Shown one piece after another: positions 37,422 through 49,819 of a DNA stretch of 64,000 bases. The stretch's first letter is position 1. The number at the start of each line of letters is the position of its first letter. The DNA is from Cenococcum geophilum. Taxonomy: Eukaryota. The notes below the pieces were generated by a model. The model ran no database searches. It saw nothing but the letters and a program-made list of their open reading frames with translations, and was not told the origin of the DNA. Position numbers and translations under genes: made by a program. The stretch lies in the NCBI GenBank assembly GCA_050273025.1, contig CP158635.1, forward strand, positions 27,590,001 through 27,654,000, given 5' to 3'.

Positions 37422-39166
37422 AATTCTCCATGAAACTTTCACTAATATCAGGACTGTTAGATCCCTGACACTGGAGGAATCATTCTATAAAAAGTATATC
37501 GACGCAACCTCAAACGCACTCAAAATAGGACTGAAAAGGGCATTCTATTCTGCTATATTTTTTGGTCTGACCAATTCCGCCATTTTATTTGCCACAGCCT
37601 TCTTATTTTGGTACGGTGCAATTGTGGTGTCATCGGGCGATTTCAACACTACGCATGTTGTCCAAACCTTTGCTCTGCTCCTCCTGAGCGCATCCTACGC
37701 GAATTCTATCAATGCACTAATCCCCCAAATGGGGGCTGCAAAGGATGCAGCAACTCGATTCCTGCGCCTGTCAGCCCTCCCACAGACCTCTCATGAACAT
37801 ACTGGCACCGTTCGCATTCCTCCTATTGGGAACATTGCGCTGCACAATTTGAGTTTTACTTATCCCGCTCGACCGGATCAAATGGTCTTGAGGAATGTCA
37901 ATATAAATATTCCTGCTGGCAGCTGCATCGCTATTGTGGGTGCATCTGGGTCCGGAAAATCAACGATTGCCTCACTTCTGCTGAACCTGTACACAACGGA
38001 CCTGAAAAACACCAACCCATCCAGAATACCTGGGATCACGCTTTCAGGCCGCGATATCAAACGAATTCACACGCCTGCCTTACGTTCTCTCATTGCTATC
38101 GTCTCACAAACGCCAACGCTATTCCTAGGCACAATTGCCGAGAACATTGCTTATGCTCTACACTCTTCTTCGCCTTATGCGTCACAATCAAGCATCCGCT
38201 CCGCTGCCGCTGCCGCAGGGATCGACGAGTTCATCGAAAGTCTTCCCGATGGATATAGCACCGTCATTGGAGAAGGCGGAATGGGGATATCTGGCGGTCA
38301 AGCCCAGCGAATAGCCATTGCGCGAGCTTTGGTGCGGAAACCAAATGTGCTAGTGCTTGACGAGGCAACCAGCGCCCTAGATGTCGAATCCGCGGCTATC
38401 ATCAGGAAATCCATACGCAGATTAGTTGCTACGGGTCTCCACGAGACTGAAGCGATGAGCAGTAGCACATTCGGCGGGAGTGGTTCCGGAAGCGGAAGAG
38501 GGCAGAGAGGTATGACAGTCGTCATCATTACACATGCGAGGGAGATGATGGCGATTGCGGAGCACATTATTATGTTGGAGTAGGGTAGGGTGATAGAAGC
38601 AGGCGGGTTTGAGGAGTTGAGACAGAAGCGAGGCGAGTTTGTGAGGTTGCTACGCGGTGGTGAATGGGATAGCGGCGACATGGACAATGAGAGGATTCAG
38701 ACGAATCTGGTTGGAAAGGTAAGGGAAAGGATAACCGGGGTTGATTGCACGACTTTCTTTTGGTTTGAATGTTATTATGTCTCAAGGAGCTGTATAACCT
38801 GCAAATGTTATGGTTGAGCTTCATTCCATCTGTATTTCATGTAGTCATTGATAGCGTGGTTGGGTTGTACATAGAAATCATTACCCAAGGACAGGGCGGC
38901 GAATGAGTGGACGCAAACGGGGATGTACAAGATGCATCAATCAAATGTGGCGTTGATGGACACGGCTAACTCTTTTGAGTTGGTTTTCCGCATTAGGAAC
39001 TTCGGGAATGTGTTGCCCGTCGCAACGCGCCATCCACGTGACGTAAAACTCAAATCACAAATAAACGCCCTCTGCATAGGCCACCACGATTTCCTCAACA
39101 ACTGCACTTGCTATCTTTACATTATACTAACCACTTGTTCTATGCAATCTAGTTGCTTTCTCCACC

Positions 39167-42100
39167 ATGGTCCTCACACGCGCACAACGAGCCGGCAACA
39201 CCGACGACACCAATCCTCCGCCAGCGGAGAATATGCTAAAGGCGCCCGCAAAACGCGGAAGGAAGAAGGAACCTGTTGAAGAGGTAAAGCCGAAAGCAAA
39301 GGCGGCGGCCGCTACAAAGGCCAAACCTGGAACCACACGAAAGACAACAAGGTCAAAAGCTGCAGCGAAAGCCCCAGAGCCTGAACCAGAGCCAATAGTC
39401 GAGGAGGCTCCCGAGGAGGCGGTACCAGCGCCGAAGAGGAGGACAGCTACAAGAACCAAAGCGGCTGCCAAAGCCCCAGAATCAGAGGTCGAGCCTGCCA
39501 TCGAAGAGATCGTAGAGAAGCCAAAACTAATACCAGCAAAGAGAGCTACTGCGAGGGCTAAGGCTGTCACGAAGGCACCGGCAAAAGCCCCAGAAAAGGC
39601 TGCAACAAAAGCGCCAGCTAAAACTCGCACAACGGTACAGAAGATGGAGAAAAAGAGTAATGAGATTGGGATCGTCACATCAGGCGCAGCCGCTGCGAAA
39701 CGACGGACTCGGAACACGGCTGCTGCTACCAAAGCCACCGTAAAACAGCCAGCTCAGGAAGAGCCAGCTCCGAGCCCTCCTAAACTCTCGAAGATTCCAA
39801 TCAAACCAGCGCAACCTACCCCAGCGACATCTCCCGCTAGGCCTACGAACCAGGAGATCCTCGAGGACCCATTCATAGCACATGCATCACCTCTCAAGGC
39901 TCCGGCATTAAGACTGGGCTGCCTCTCGCCAGTTAAGAGCATCAACTCAGATTTTCCAGCTATCAACCTCTCCTCGGAGAAGCCAGGAGAGGCCTCGCCA
40001 TTCAAGACATCAAGCCTAGTTCCACACGCAGAGAGTCAGAACCTGAAGGCCTCCCTGCTCTCAGCTTCCCCTCGCAAAGCACCAGCAGCTTCTCCACTGA
40101 AACTTCCTCCTGTCTCACCATCAAAATTTCGCACTGACCGTGCTGGGGCCAGCGAGGAGACCCAATTCAGGAGTTCTATACTCCAAGGTTCTGCCCGCAA
40201 GGCTCCTGCCTTCTCACTCTCTAGGTCCATAGTAGGCTCTCCTGTCAAGCCCAGTTCCTTCGCTGAAGAAGAGAAGGCATCTCTCAAAGCTTCTCCTCGC
40301 AAGATACGGATCGAAACTCCTGCGAAAGCTGCGCCCGCACTTTTTGGATCGAGTCTTAATATGCCGAACCCATTTTCTACTTCTCTTATCCAGGCATCGC
40401 CGATGAGACTCAAGACCCCGGCGAGAACACCAGCAAGAACTCCCAGAGCAGCTCCATTTCAGGATGTTGTTATGGAGGAAGATGAACACAACACGCCTCC
40501 GCAGTCCCCGGTTCTGGAGTCTACGACGCCTGCTCAAGAGCCTTCGCAGGAGATTGTAGTAGAGAACTCCGTAGCTGAGGAGCCGCTAGCTGATGAGCCC
40601 GTAGTCGAGGGATATATGCCTACAATCGAGGAATCTATGCCTACAACCGAGGAGTCTATGCCCGCAGTCGAGGAATCTATGCCTGCAGTCGAGGAGTCTA
40701 TGCCTGCAGTCGAGGAATCTATGCCTGCAGTCGAAGAATCTATGTCTATAGTCAAAGAATCTATGCCTATAGTCGAAGAATCTATGTCTATAGTCGAGGA
40801 ATCTATACCCGAAAAGTTTACGGCTGGGGAACTTGTAACTAAAGAGTCTGTTGTTGGAGAACATCTTGCAGAGGAGCTCGTCATTCAGCAATCCATCGCT
40901 GAGGAGCTCATGGCTGAGGAACCCATTTCTGAGGAGTCAACAATGTCAATGGAGCTGGACGCCGTGCATGATCTTACAGTTGAGCAGCCTGTACAGACAG
41001 TGGGCATTTATGTGGATCCAGAAGAGGATATACCACAGCCGTCTCTGGTAATGGAGCCCACGATGCCTGTGGAGATAAAGCCACAAACACCACAGCAGTC
41101 TCCTAATGCTGCGTCAACTACCCCTAAACAGGAGATGCCTACACCTGCATGCGAAGACGAGACTGTCAGGTTCGGAGAGCCATGCACCATGGAGCCAGCC
41201 GCTGAGCCTATGGACTTCATCATAGAATCCACAGTCACCGAGCCGGTCACTGAAGTTCCAGCACCCACGACTCCCACCACACCAACCGACCCAGCAGACC
41301 CAGCAGAGCCGACGGCAGTTATTACGCCATGGTCCATTAAGGCTGCTATGTCAGAACTTCCCGCCGGTCTCGCATCCCCAGTTAAATCCTCCCTCCGTTC
41401 TCCGGAAAAGAGGCTCAGCTCAACTTCGCCCAAGAAGAGCGTTAGCTGGCAGAACCTCTCGCCTCAAGCCAAGCCTCCCGTTGTCCCAGCAGCAGAGCCC
41501 GGTGTTCTTGCTGGAACTGTATTCTTTGTCGATGTAAGGTCGGCTGATGGCACGGATGCGGGCGGCTTGTTCGTGCCACTATTGGAGGAGCTGGGTGCGC
41601 GAGTGGTGGAGAATTGGATAAGCAATAACATGGATTTGACGCATGTTCTATTTAAGGATGGAGACAGGATGACTTTAGAGAAGGTGGTAGCGACGAATGG
41701 AGGGGTGAAGTGTGTGAATATCGGGTGGGCACTTGAGTAAGTCATTCTGATCTCAACGTCGACAATGATTTGCCACAAAATATGAGAGAACGATGACTGA
41801 CATATATTTCTCTAGCTGTGAGAAACATAACAAACACATTGACGAATCCGGATACTTGATAAGCCTATCCCACATCCTTGGCGGCCAGACGCCTAAAGCC
41901 CTCTCCACCCTCAGTGCGGCCAATACTCCTCTCCCAGCACGCACCCCCTCTCGTACCCCGTCTAAGGCAGCGGATTGCACAACACCCGGCTGCAATATCG
42001 TGATTAAGCCGGCCGGCACTACACCTCTCAACGACCCAATGTTCCTGAATACCAACATTGATGATGAGGATAAAGAGAACGTGGTCCCCACTAACTCGGC

Positions 42101-42308
42101 GTCCAATTCTCCTGGCACGCCATACTATTTGCATCCTAGCGAGTTAGTGCAAAAGACATGCCCACCTAAGCAGAGCCAGGCGCCCATGTTTGAGGTGCTG
42201 GGTGCCCCAACGCCATTCAAGCAGCGCCTAATGGCAGCGAAGAGGCGGAGTGAGGAGTTTGCGCCAAGGGTCGGGAGTCCGTTGAAGAGAGTTAAAGGAG
42301 CGTGGTAG
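39167..42308 (+). CDS. Low-complexity K/P/S/T-rich protein with C-terminal BRCT domain; intron 41737-41815
   Basis: LAGTVFFVDVRSADGTDAGGLFVPLLEELGARVV...THVLFKDG...CVNIGWALDCE; C-terminal RLMAAKRRSEEFAPRVGSPL. Confidence 0.85.
40604..40810 (+). repeat. In-frame 21-bp coding tandem repeat (VEESMPA, about 10 units)
   Basis: (GTCGAGGAATCTATGCCTGCA)n with variants. Confidence 0.88.
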
Positions 42309-42653
42309 GTAGGTAAAGTGAAACTTGGAGAATGGCGAAGAAGTCGACGCCATATCTCCAAGATAGATATAGCGACACCAGGATTTTATTCAATGGAGTT
42401 CGGGCTGTGGAATGATACCCGGCTGAATGGCGTCTTGAGATGACACAAATTGGAGGAGTATCTGGGCGGTTGGTGTTTGGTTATTGAAACTTTCTGCTTC
42501 TGGATGTATATGGAGAGGGTCTGGTCGGCGTTGATTGTATTGATTGTATTAGTGTTAATAGTGTCAGTCTGGCCAAACTCAAACACGTATTTTAACAATT
42601 ATCCTCTGGCGCCTGATCCTCCATCCTCCTCTTTCTCCCAGACTGTACAATAT

Positions 42654-43126
42654 CTATGCCGAAGTCGTGATGAAAGCAGACATGGCTTTCACGGCATTCC
42701 CATCATGCGCTTTCAGCAGCTCCGTTGCTTTGACCTTCGAAAGCTCCAATTGCTCAACCTGCCCCGACCACAAATCAGTAGAGCTCTCTTAAATTAGCAA
42801 CCCCAAGCTTTTCTTCGATTCTGCTACCCTCTCTCCCAAAGTAAAACCCTGTAACTCACCAGCATGTTCACGTCCGCAGGATCCACCTTGACAGCGCGTC
42901 TCGGCACAGCCTTCTGCTCCTCTTTCTTCGGTCCTCCCACATTCAGCTTCTCCATCGCCTGACCCAGCGCCTCGGAATCGGCGCCGCTCTTCGCTGCACC
43001 ACTGTCATCGTCGTGCGCGTCGAGGGAGGACAGCGCCGCGGCCGCTTTGCGGTCTTCGGCTGTGCCGGTGGGAGGGGGAGGGGTCGAGGCGCCTTCACGG
43101 ACGGAGGCCGGTTGCTCTTCTGCCAT
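42654..43126 (-). CDS. HYPK-like / NAC-UBA domain small protein; intron 42759-42859
   Basis: AEDRKAAAALSSLD...VKVDPADVNML spliced to VEQLELSKVKATELLKAHDGNAVKAMSAFI. Confidence 0.82.
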
Positions 43127-43872
43127 TGTAGAGAAGATATGGAGGAGGGAGGGTCGGAGGATGTGAGCACTGGGAGGATTGAGGGTTGTATGGAGAGGAG
43201 GGGTGGTTTACGAAGGGTGCTGTGGTGGTTGGATTTGAGTTTCTCCAGATTTTTTTGTGGGCAGGGATGGGGATGAACATCTGGTATGCGAGGTTGAAGC
43301 TTCACGAATTCTACTTTATAAGAGAATAAATCCCTTTCTTTGCCTATTTGAGCTTCTCTATCTAATTGCATCTTCCGATCAGATTCTCAGTCTTTCGCAG
43401 GGCTACCCAGGCCAGTGCTTCACCAGAGCACCCGAAACCCTGAGTCATTGACAGACCAGTAGCCTGCATTTCCCCAGGACTGAGATTCACGAACCACTTA
43501 ACCTCTTGAATCTTTACTCGTGGGAAGGTATGTATACTTTTAAATGCTCTCTAATTTATCAATTGGATTTCCTCTAGTTGGCCTCGTAGGAGTCTTCAAT
43601 TTAAAACACCCTGCCTTTAATTCCCGTCTCTTAGAGCTTTACTTCAGATATTTAAAAGCCTTGCACTGACGAAATATAATTGCGTTTCTTTTAATCATGG
43701 GCTTAATTACAAATCAAAATTGTCTAGGTTCACTGCCTTACCAACTTATTTCTCTTGTGGCACAGGATACTTGACTAACTATCTAACGTCTTATGCAGGA
43801 AAGTTTGTGACGTACAAGGATAAAAGAGGAACATATTGTCTTCGCAAAGTCTTCACCAATAACATTCCCATC

Positions 43873-45433
43873 ATGGCAGAATCAACTGTTGCTTCAAATA
43901 ACATAAAGTATGCGACATTAGGAAATGATTGGTCGCCATCGTGTAAGAGTTTTCTTCATCTAATGTGTACATGACTGATTTCCTCCACAGCCTGGAGGTC
44001 AAAGCCAATAAAACAGGGCGTCACATACGACTCACCTTCGGCCCTGAAAACTTCCTTGACAAAACTTGAAAGTTTACCCCCGATCGTCACTCCTACGGAA
44101 ATTATCAAGCTCAAGAACAGCCTCCGAGATGCAGCATTGGGCAAAGCTTTCCTTCTCCAAGGAGGCGACTGTGCGGAATTGTTTTCCTACTGCTCCGAAG
44201 AGCCTATTGACTCCAAAATTAAGCTGTTGCTTCAGATGAGTTTGGTCTTGATTTGGGGCGCCAACAAACCCGTCGTTCGAATTGCGCGGATGGCAGGCCA
44301 ATTCGCGAAGCCACGTTCTAGCCCTACTGAAGTAGTTAATGGCAAAGAAATTCCCAGCTTCCGTGGCGACATCTTGAACAGTTTCGACCCCGCCGACCGC
44401 ACACCGAATCCAGAACGGCTTGTCAGCGCATACTTCCACTCTGCCACTACTCTCAACTACGTGCGAGCGCAGCTAGCGAGTGGGATTGCTGACCTCCATA
44501 ATCCTCTCGACTGGGGTCTTGGCCACGTCCGCGACAAAGCTCTGCAAGCCAGATACCAACGCATTGTCGCCAGCATCTCAGATTCCTTGCGGTTCATGCG
44601 CACCGTAGGCGCAGACACCGCCGGTCAGCTGCAGACGGTAGACCTATTCACCAGCCATGAGGGACTCTTGCTCGAGTACGAGCAATGCCTCACGCGCCGC
44701 CTGCGCCATCCGGCAAACTACGTCTCGCCACCCGCCTCCGCTGACGGGAAGGGCTGGTACAACACCTCCGCGCATTTCCTTTGGATCGGAGACCGCACGC
44801 GTCAGCTAGATGGCGCGCATGTGGAGTACTTCCGCGGCCTGGAGAATCCTATTGGGATTAAGGTTGGGCCGTCGATGAAGGGAGATGAGTTGGTGACGTT
44901 ACTGGATATTGTGAATCCGCGAAAGGAAGTTGGTAAGGTTACGCTGATAACGAGGTATGGGGAGGATAAAGTGGAGAAGATGCTGGGGCCGCATATTGAA
45001 GCGGTGAAAGGGAGTGGGCATGTGGTTGTTTGGCAATGTGATCCAATGCACGGGTTAGTTGTACTCTCTCTCTCTCTTTCTCTCCTACAAATGGCATACG
45101 TATGGACTACGGCTAATCGTTTACCGTAGCAACACCCGCAGCACTCCCACCGGCATTAAGACGCGCCATTTCAGTAGCATACTCTCGGAGCTCTCGTCAG
45201 CGTTGAATATTCACAAGCAGCACGACTCCTTCCTTGGTGGCGTGCATTTGGAGTTAACAGGCGATGCTGTCACTGAATGCGTTGGTGGTAGTGAGGGTTT
45301 GGTGGAAGAGGATCTAAGCCTCAATTATACTACTTACTGCGATCCTAGGCTTAACGAGAAACAGGCGTTGGAGCTGGCTTTCTTGGTGGCCGGGCATTAT
45401 CGGGAAGAGCATGCTGAGCTAGGGGAGCTGTGA
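43873..45433 (+). CDS. Class II DAHP synthase; introns 43943-43990 and ~45054-45129
   Basis: AFLLQGGDCAELF, RMAGQFAKPRS, WIGDRTRQLD, CDPMHGNT, GGVHLELTG, YTTYCDPRLN. Confidence 0.95.
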
Positions 45434-45684
45434 GAGGGAAGCTATGAAGTTCGCAAGAAGTGATTCTTCTGGGCTTAGAAAAGCTTGCTGCTTGAACGAG
45501 TGACGTAAATCATAGGCACTAAAAGTTATATTTTCAGGCGTCAAGGTACTCCACTGTATATATAGATATTAAACCCAAGTTCCTCTAGGGTATTCATTTT
45601 ATTATCCAGTCCTTATATATTACGGACCTTATAACTAGAGTGTCACAACTACTTAGAGAGGAGTTCGTGGACGCCAGTTGCTAT

Positions 45685-46392
45685 CCCTTACAACGTTGAT
45701 TTGGGTCCTATTCTTATCGATAAGCTCCAGCCATTAGATCGTTAGGATCTTAGAGCCGTGATGAGGAATATGAAGCTCAACAAATATATACATTTTGATA
45801 TCTACACTCAGTCCTTGGTGGAGATTCGTTAGATGGGCGTTCCAGCAATCGCCCTTCCTACAGAACGGAATTCTACACACTGCACTCGAATTGAGTTCTT
45901 GGCACGCGTTGGCGACGTTTCCAGTCCTGACTAGTCCTCCCTTTTCTAGTGGTGTTGACCGGGGATCTGCCAAAGGTTTCCGTCTTGCCATATGAGGCTC
46001 TATCCCTTGCAACGTTAGGGTCCTTAGAGTAAGTGGTCCGTGCGGGAACACCCACAAATTCCTGAGTACGGGCACCGAATCCAGCTAATCTAATTGGTTG
46101 GTTCTTATCGATAACCTGACGACCCATTTCGACTTTGCAAGGGATAATCATCTGTCGTTCGCCAAGCTTGGGCAGCTGCCAAGGCTCCGGAGGTAGTTCT
46201 TTTGCTACACGAGTTGGAGGAACGACGTATTTAGTAAGTTAGACAATATCAGGATCAAGAAAGGCGCGATTAGAAGGCATAGTGGTTAATTAATTGATGA
46301 TTAAACTATCCTATATTATCTGCGAAGCTTCTGCGTAGCTCTGATTCTGGTGTTCCGCACGGACCACCTGCAGGACATCAACGTTGCATGGG
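45685..46392 (-). mobile_element. Internally deleted piggyBac-like transposon
   Basis: Imperfect TIR CCCTTACAACGTT / AACGTTGCATGGG. N-terminal relic MPSNRAFLDPDIV*LTKYVVPP...LPPEPWQLP (ATG at 46280) lies next to a frameshifted C-terminal Cys-rich relic RVPRTQFECSV(C)RIPFCRKGDCWNAH. Confidence 0.65.
46004..46143. mobile_element. ~140-bp MITE of the CCCTT...AAGGG family nested in the piggyBac-like relic
   Basis: TAT|CCCTTGCAA...TTGCAAGGG|ATA; internal TGGTCCGTGCGGGAACACC and CTTATCGATAAC. Confidence 0.75.
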
Positions 46393-47346
46393 ATAACTGT
46401 GGGGTGACAGGCTCCGCACCAGCCACGGCACAAACCTGCAAAAGGTAAGCGAGTGACTGGCAAGATGCCAGGCACGGCTGTGCGGAACAACAGCGAGGTG
46501 ACTTCGTCACCTGACAATAACTCGGGGCGTCGGGCGCGATAATAAGACAACGAATTAGAATTGGGTAATCGGGCAAAATAGTCTTCTTTACAGGGGCTCA
46601 TTTAGTTATTCTAGCCATTAGTAATAGTTAGAAGGAAGCTGATGCTACTAGAATTAAGCTTAAAGTAGGCTCAATTACCCCGCGCGCCTATATAAAATCC
46701 GAACCGTGTACCGGACCTTCTTACGAATGTCTTACCAAAAGCGGCTAGCGGCTTGGTAAGCCTTGGCAAGAAGGCCCGGTACCGAGACAAGAAAATCCGC
46801 ACCAACGGAATCACATCTGAGCCTGCTGAGGTAACGCATACGCTAACTAACTTGTGTCCAGCAGACGTGTCAGTTACGGAGTAGCTATACTAGACAGCCC
46901 CGCTTACTGCTAGTAGGTTTAAATATCCCTTGTCAAGACATTTTGACTTCAGCATGTTACCACAAAGGACTGCTTCGGGCATCTGTTCTCTCATTAGCCT
47001 CGTCATCTGCTTCCACACCCGTTTTATTAAAGTCCATCCAGCCAACTGGTTTCTCCCACCTCCTCGGTACGGCTTTTCTCAGACCCTTCCGCCTCATTTA
47101 CGACTGTCCTTGCTCTGTGATCCCGCGTCGGGTTGACTGGTCTTGCGCCTCCCGGTTCTTCGTGCACTGTGGTCCATTGTCTTCGCAGCATTTCTATCCG
47201 GATATTGGTTGTTTTGTAACACCCAACACTTGAGTCCTTTGCCCACCGTGGAGGTTTAAAATAAGTAGCAGTAGGTTGCTACCGGTCCCACCGACCCCCA
47301 AATACTCCAGTCAGTTTATTTTAAACCGGTCCTGGGCTTCATAAAC

Positions 47347-49596
47347 ATGTCCCATCCAGAACCTTTGCCCGGCACGAACCCTTTATTGTGCAGCAATTGC
47401 CAGGCTTGGGATAACCCGCACAATGTGTTTAGACAACAAATCCCACACAGCGGCAAAGACATAAACGCTGCACCTCTCGAAACGCTGGCTCAGCACAGAG
47501 ATTGTCTGCTGTGTCAATTTGTCTGTTCGGTGATCGAAGAAGCGAGAACGGCAAAACCGGATGGGTTCGACAGACTCGACGAGATTGTGTCTGTTGGACC
47601 TGGCTTCATCGTTCAATACGATGACCCATCCAATCCAGATAACATCAACAAATCTTTTTACCGCCCGCCCGTTGGTGAAAATGGGGACCCTCTCAAATGT
47701 GTACTCAAGCTCCACATCCATGGACATCACGCACCTGAGTCGGTAATCGACCCCAGACGCCGGCAGCCCAGGCTTACACTAGAAGTGCAGGCCCTTCTAT
47801 TCTATGATTGGCCTGAGATCCATCTGATGCATATACAGCGCTGGGAAACACCCACATTTGACGTCCAGCTCGTGAAGAGCTGGATCACCCACTGTCACTC
47901 CGAACACGGGGACCATTGCAAAAAGCTTCCGGTGACTCCTCCGCAGGGATTTAAACTCATAGACGTTGAAAACCTACGCATTATTGAGGCATCAGAATCG
48001 GTTAGATATATAGCACTCAGCTATGTTTGGGGTAGCTCCTTGACTGGAAGAGATTTGCAGCTCGTTCGAAGCAATTTGGCACAGCTTCAACGATGCCATG
48101 GTTTAGACAAGTCCGCCTTGCCCGACGTGATTGTAGATGCAATGACTCTTTGCACTGACCTGGGAGAACGCTATCTATGGGTCGACAGGCTCTGTATCAT
48201 TCAAGATGACCCCGTGTCCAAGCACTGGCAAATTTTAAAAATGGATCGAATCTATGGCATGGCCGCGTTTACCATAGTCTGTGCGCTCGAAGGATCTCAT
48301 GTGCCCGGGATACCCGGTGTGAATGCCCGACCCAGGCGCTCATCCCTTCACAGTCGAAAGTGGAGTTACCACAGCGATGGCTATACTGTAGAACCAGACT
48401 TTTACGGTGTTGTTGATCGATCGATCTGGAACACTCGAGGCTGGACATTCCAGGAACGCCTAATGTCTCCGAGATGCCTTTATATTACAGAATACCAAGT
48501 ATATTTCAACTGTCCTCAATTACTATTTCAAGAAGATTTAGGTGGCATTTCTTACAGCCGCGCAACTAATTCTGTACAAAGTCCTCTTGTTAACGTGTGG
48601 GATGCAACAATGCGTAAACATTACTTTGATTACGTTATGGACTACACATCCCGGGAGTTCTCGTACGAATCGGATGTTTTAAACGCTTTCACTGGAGTGA
48701 GTAATGTACTGGCCAATCATATGCGGACCGATTTTAGCTTTGGCCTCCCTGAAAAGCATCTCTTGCGCGCCATGCTTTGGGAGCACATTGAATATGGACA
48801 GCGAAGGCAAGGCGCGCCACCAGAAATTCCAAGTTGGAGCTGGGCAACGTGGTCAGGCCCTATCACGTTCAACCTAGCCGAATTAGTGAAAGAATATGGA
48901 GTACTGGTTCGATTTCACATTGCAGATCCGCACGGGAAGATCCGTCCTCTGGACATGGAGGAGAATTGGTTTGGATATACCGAAAATGAGAAGGGCCAGA
49001 CAGTTGGACGGATGCCTAGATATGGTGTTATGCCTTTGCAATACGATTCCGATATTCTATGGCGCTCTTGCCCACACAACCCGTGGAATACTCCTAATCG
49101 CGCAGCCCTTAATGCTGAAGCTTCTGTATTGGCAAGGAAACACCCTGGATGCTTGATTTTCAACACCACAGTAGCACACCTATTCATGAAGAGATGCCAA
49201 AATAGTAGCAACAGAGACCAGATGGTCACATTGGACTTATGCGACGATAAGTTTCGGGATATTGGTCATATAAGGCTGAGCGATCGGTGGGTGAATAAGA
49301 ATATTGATGTCCGCAGGCCGAAGCGCTTTGTTGCGATTGTTCTTTGCGCATCGTTGCTGCGAAAGTATAGAAGACGGGGTATCCTGCGCCGGAGGCCGGC
49401 AGGATGTGACCTAGGGAAAAACGTTTGGAAATTATGCGTTATGCTAGTTAGGCAGCGCCGGACCTGCCTCGATAGCCTTCTAATATGTTTCTCCGGACGG
49501 CACTGCCTTGTCGCTGAACGTATTGGAATCGGTTTTGTCGATGTGGGGTTGTGGCATCGGGTAGAACCTAAATGGAAAACAGCCATTCTGGTGTAG
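47347..49596 (+). CDS. HET-domain protein (intronless, no NACHT)
   Basis: FKLIDVE, YIALSYVWG, YLWVDRLCIIQD, MDRIY, WNTRGWTFQERLMSPR, PSWSWATW; 749-aa open ORF. Confidence 0.92.
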   Translation: MSHPEPLPGTNPLLCSNCQAWDNPHNVFRQQIPHSGKDINAAPLETLAQHRDCLLCQFVCSVIEEARTAKPDGFDRLDEIVSVGPGFIVQYDDPSNPDNINKSFYRPPVGENGDPLKCVLKLHIHGHHAPESVIDPRRRQPRLTLEVQALLFYDWPEIHLMHIQRWETPTFDVQLVKSWITHCHSEHGDHCKKLPVTPPQGFKLIDVENLRIIEASESVRYIALSYVWGSSLTGRDLQLVRSNLAQLQRCHGLDKSALPDVIVDAMTLCTDLGERYLWVDRLCIIQDDPVSKHWQILKMDRIYGMAAFTIVCALEGSHVPGIPGVNARPRRSSLHSRKWSYHSDGYTVEPDFYGVVDRSIWNTRGWTFQERLMSPRCLYITEYQVYFNCPQLLFQEDLGGISYSRATNSVQSPLVNVWDATMRKHYFDYVMDYTSREFSYESDVLNAFTGVSNVLANHMRTDFSFGLPEKHLLRAMLWEHIEYGQRRQGAPPEIPSWSWATWSGPITFNLAELVKEYGVLVRFHIADPHGKIRPLDMEENWFGYTENEKGQTVGRMPRYGVMPLQYDSDILWRSCPHNPWNTPNRAALNAEASVLARKHPGCLIFNTTVAHLFMKRCQNSSNRDQMVTLDLCDDKFRDIGHIRLSDRWVNKNIDVRRPKRFVAIVLCASLLRKYRRRGILRRRPAGCDLGKNVWKLCVMLVRQRRTCLDSLLICFSGRHCLVAERIGIGFVDVGLWHRVEPKWKTAILV

Positions 49597-49819
49597 ATTC
49601 ATAGCTACTATTCCCTTTTAGAAAGCTATTCAAATATCATAGCTCATTTTGTACTCTAGGCCCAGCAGATATAGACGTTGACTCCCCAGATTAGTGGACC
49701 TGCCCACAACAACCGTACTTTTTATAGCGATATATACGAACTCCGGAATAAACCCTTCTAATTAGCTATAAGGTTTACATTATTAATTACTACTAAGCTA
49801 ATATATATATAAAAGTGTA

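Larger units (their letters stand above)
33493..38817 (+). pseudogene. STE6: STE6/HST6-like ABCB full transporter (a-factor-type pheromone exporter), pseudogene
   Basis: Two TMD-NBD halves (GKSGSGKST/MSGGQRQR/ILDE and GASGSGKST/ISGGQAQR/VLDEATSALD); N-terminal KALFTFTSKKH and FGELQARSARDKIF. Frameshifts near 33540, 33740, 35125, 35770 and 36150; TAG at 38581; three TE insertions. Confidence 0.8.
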
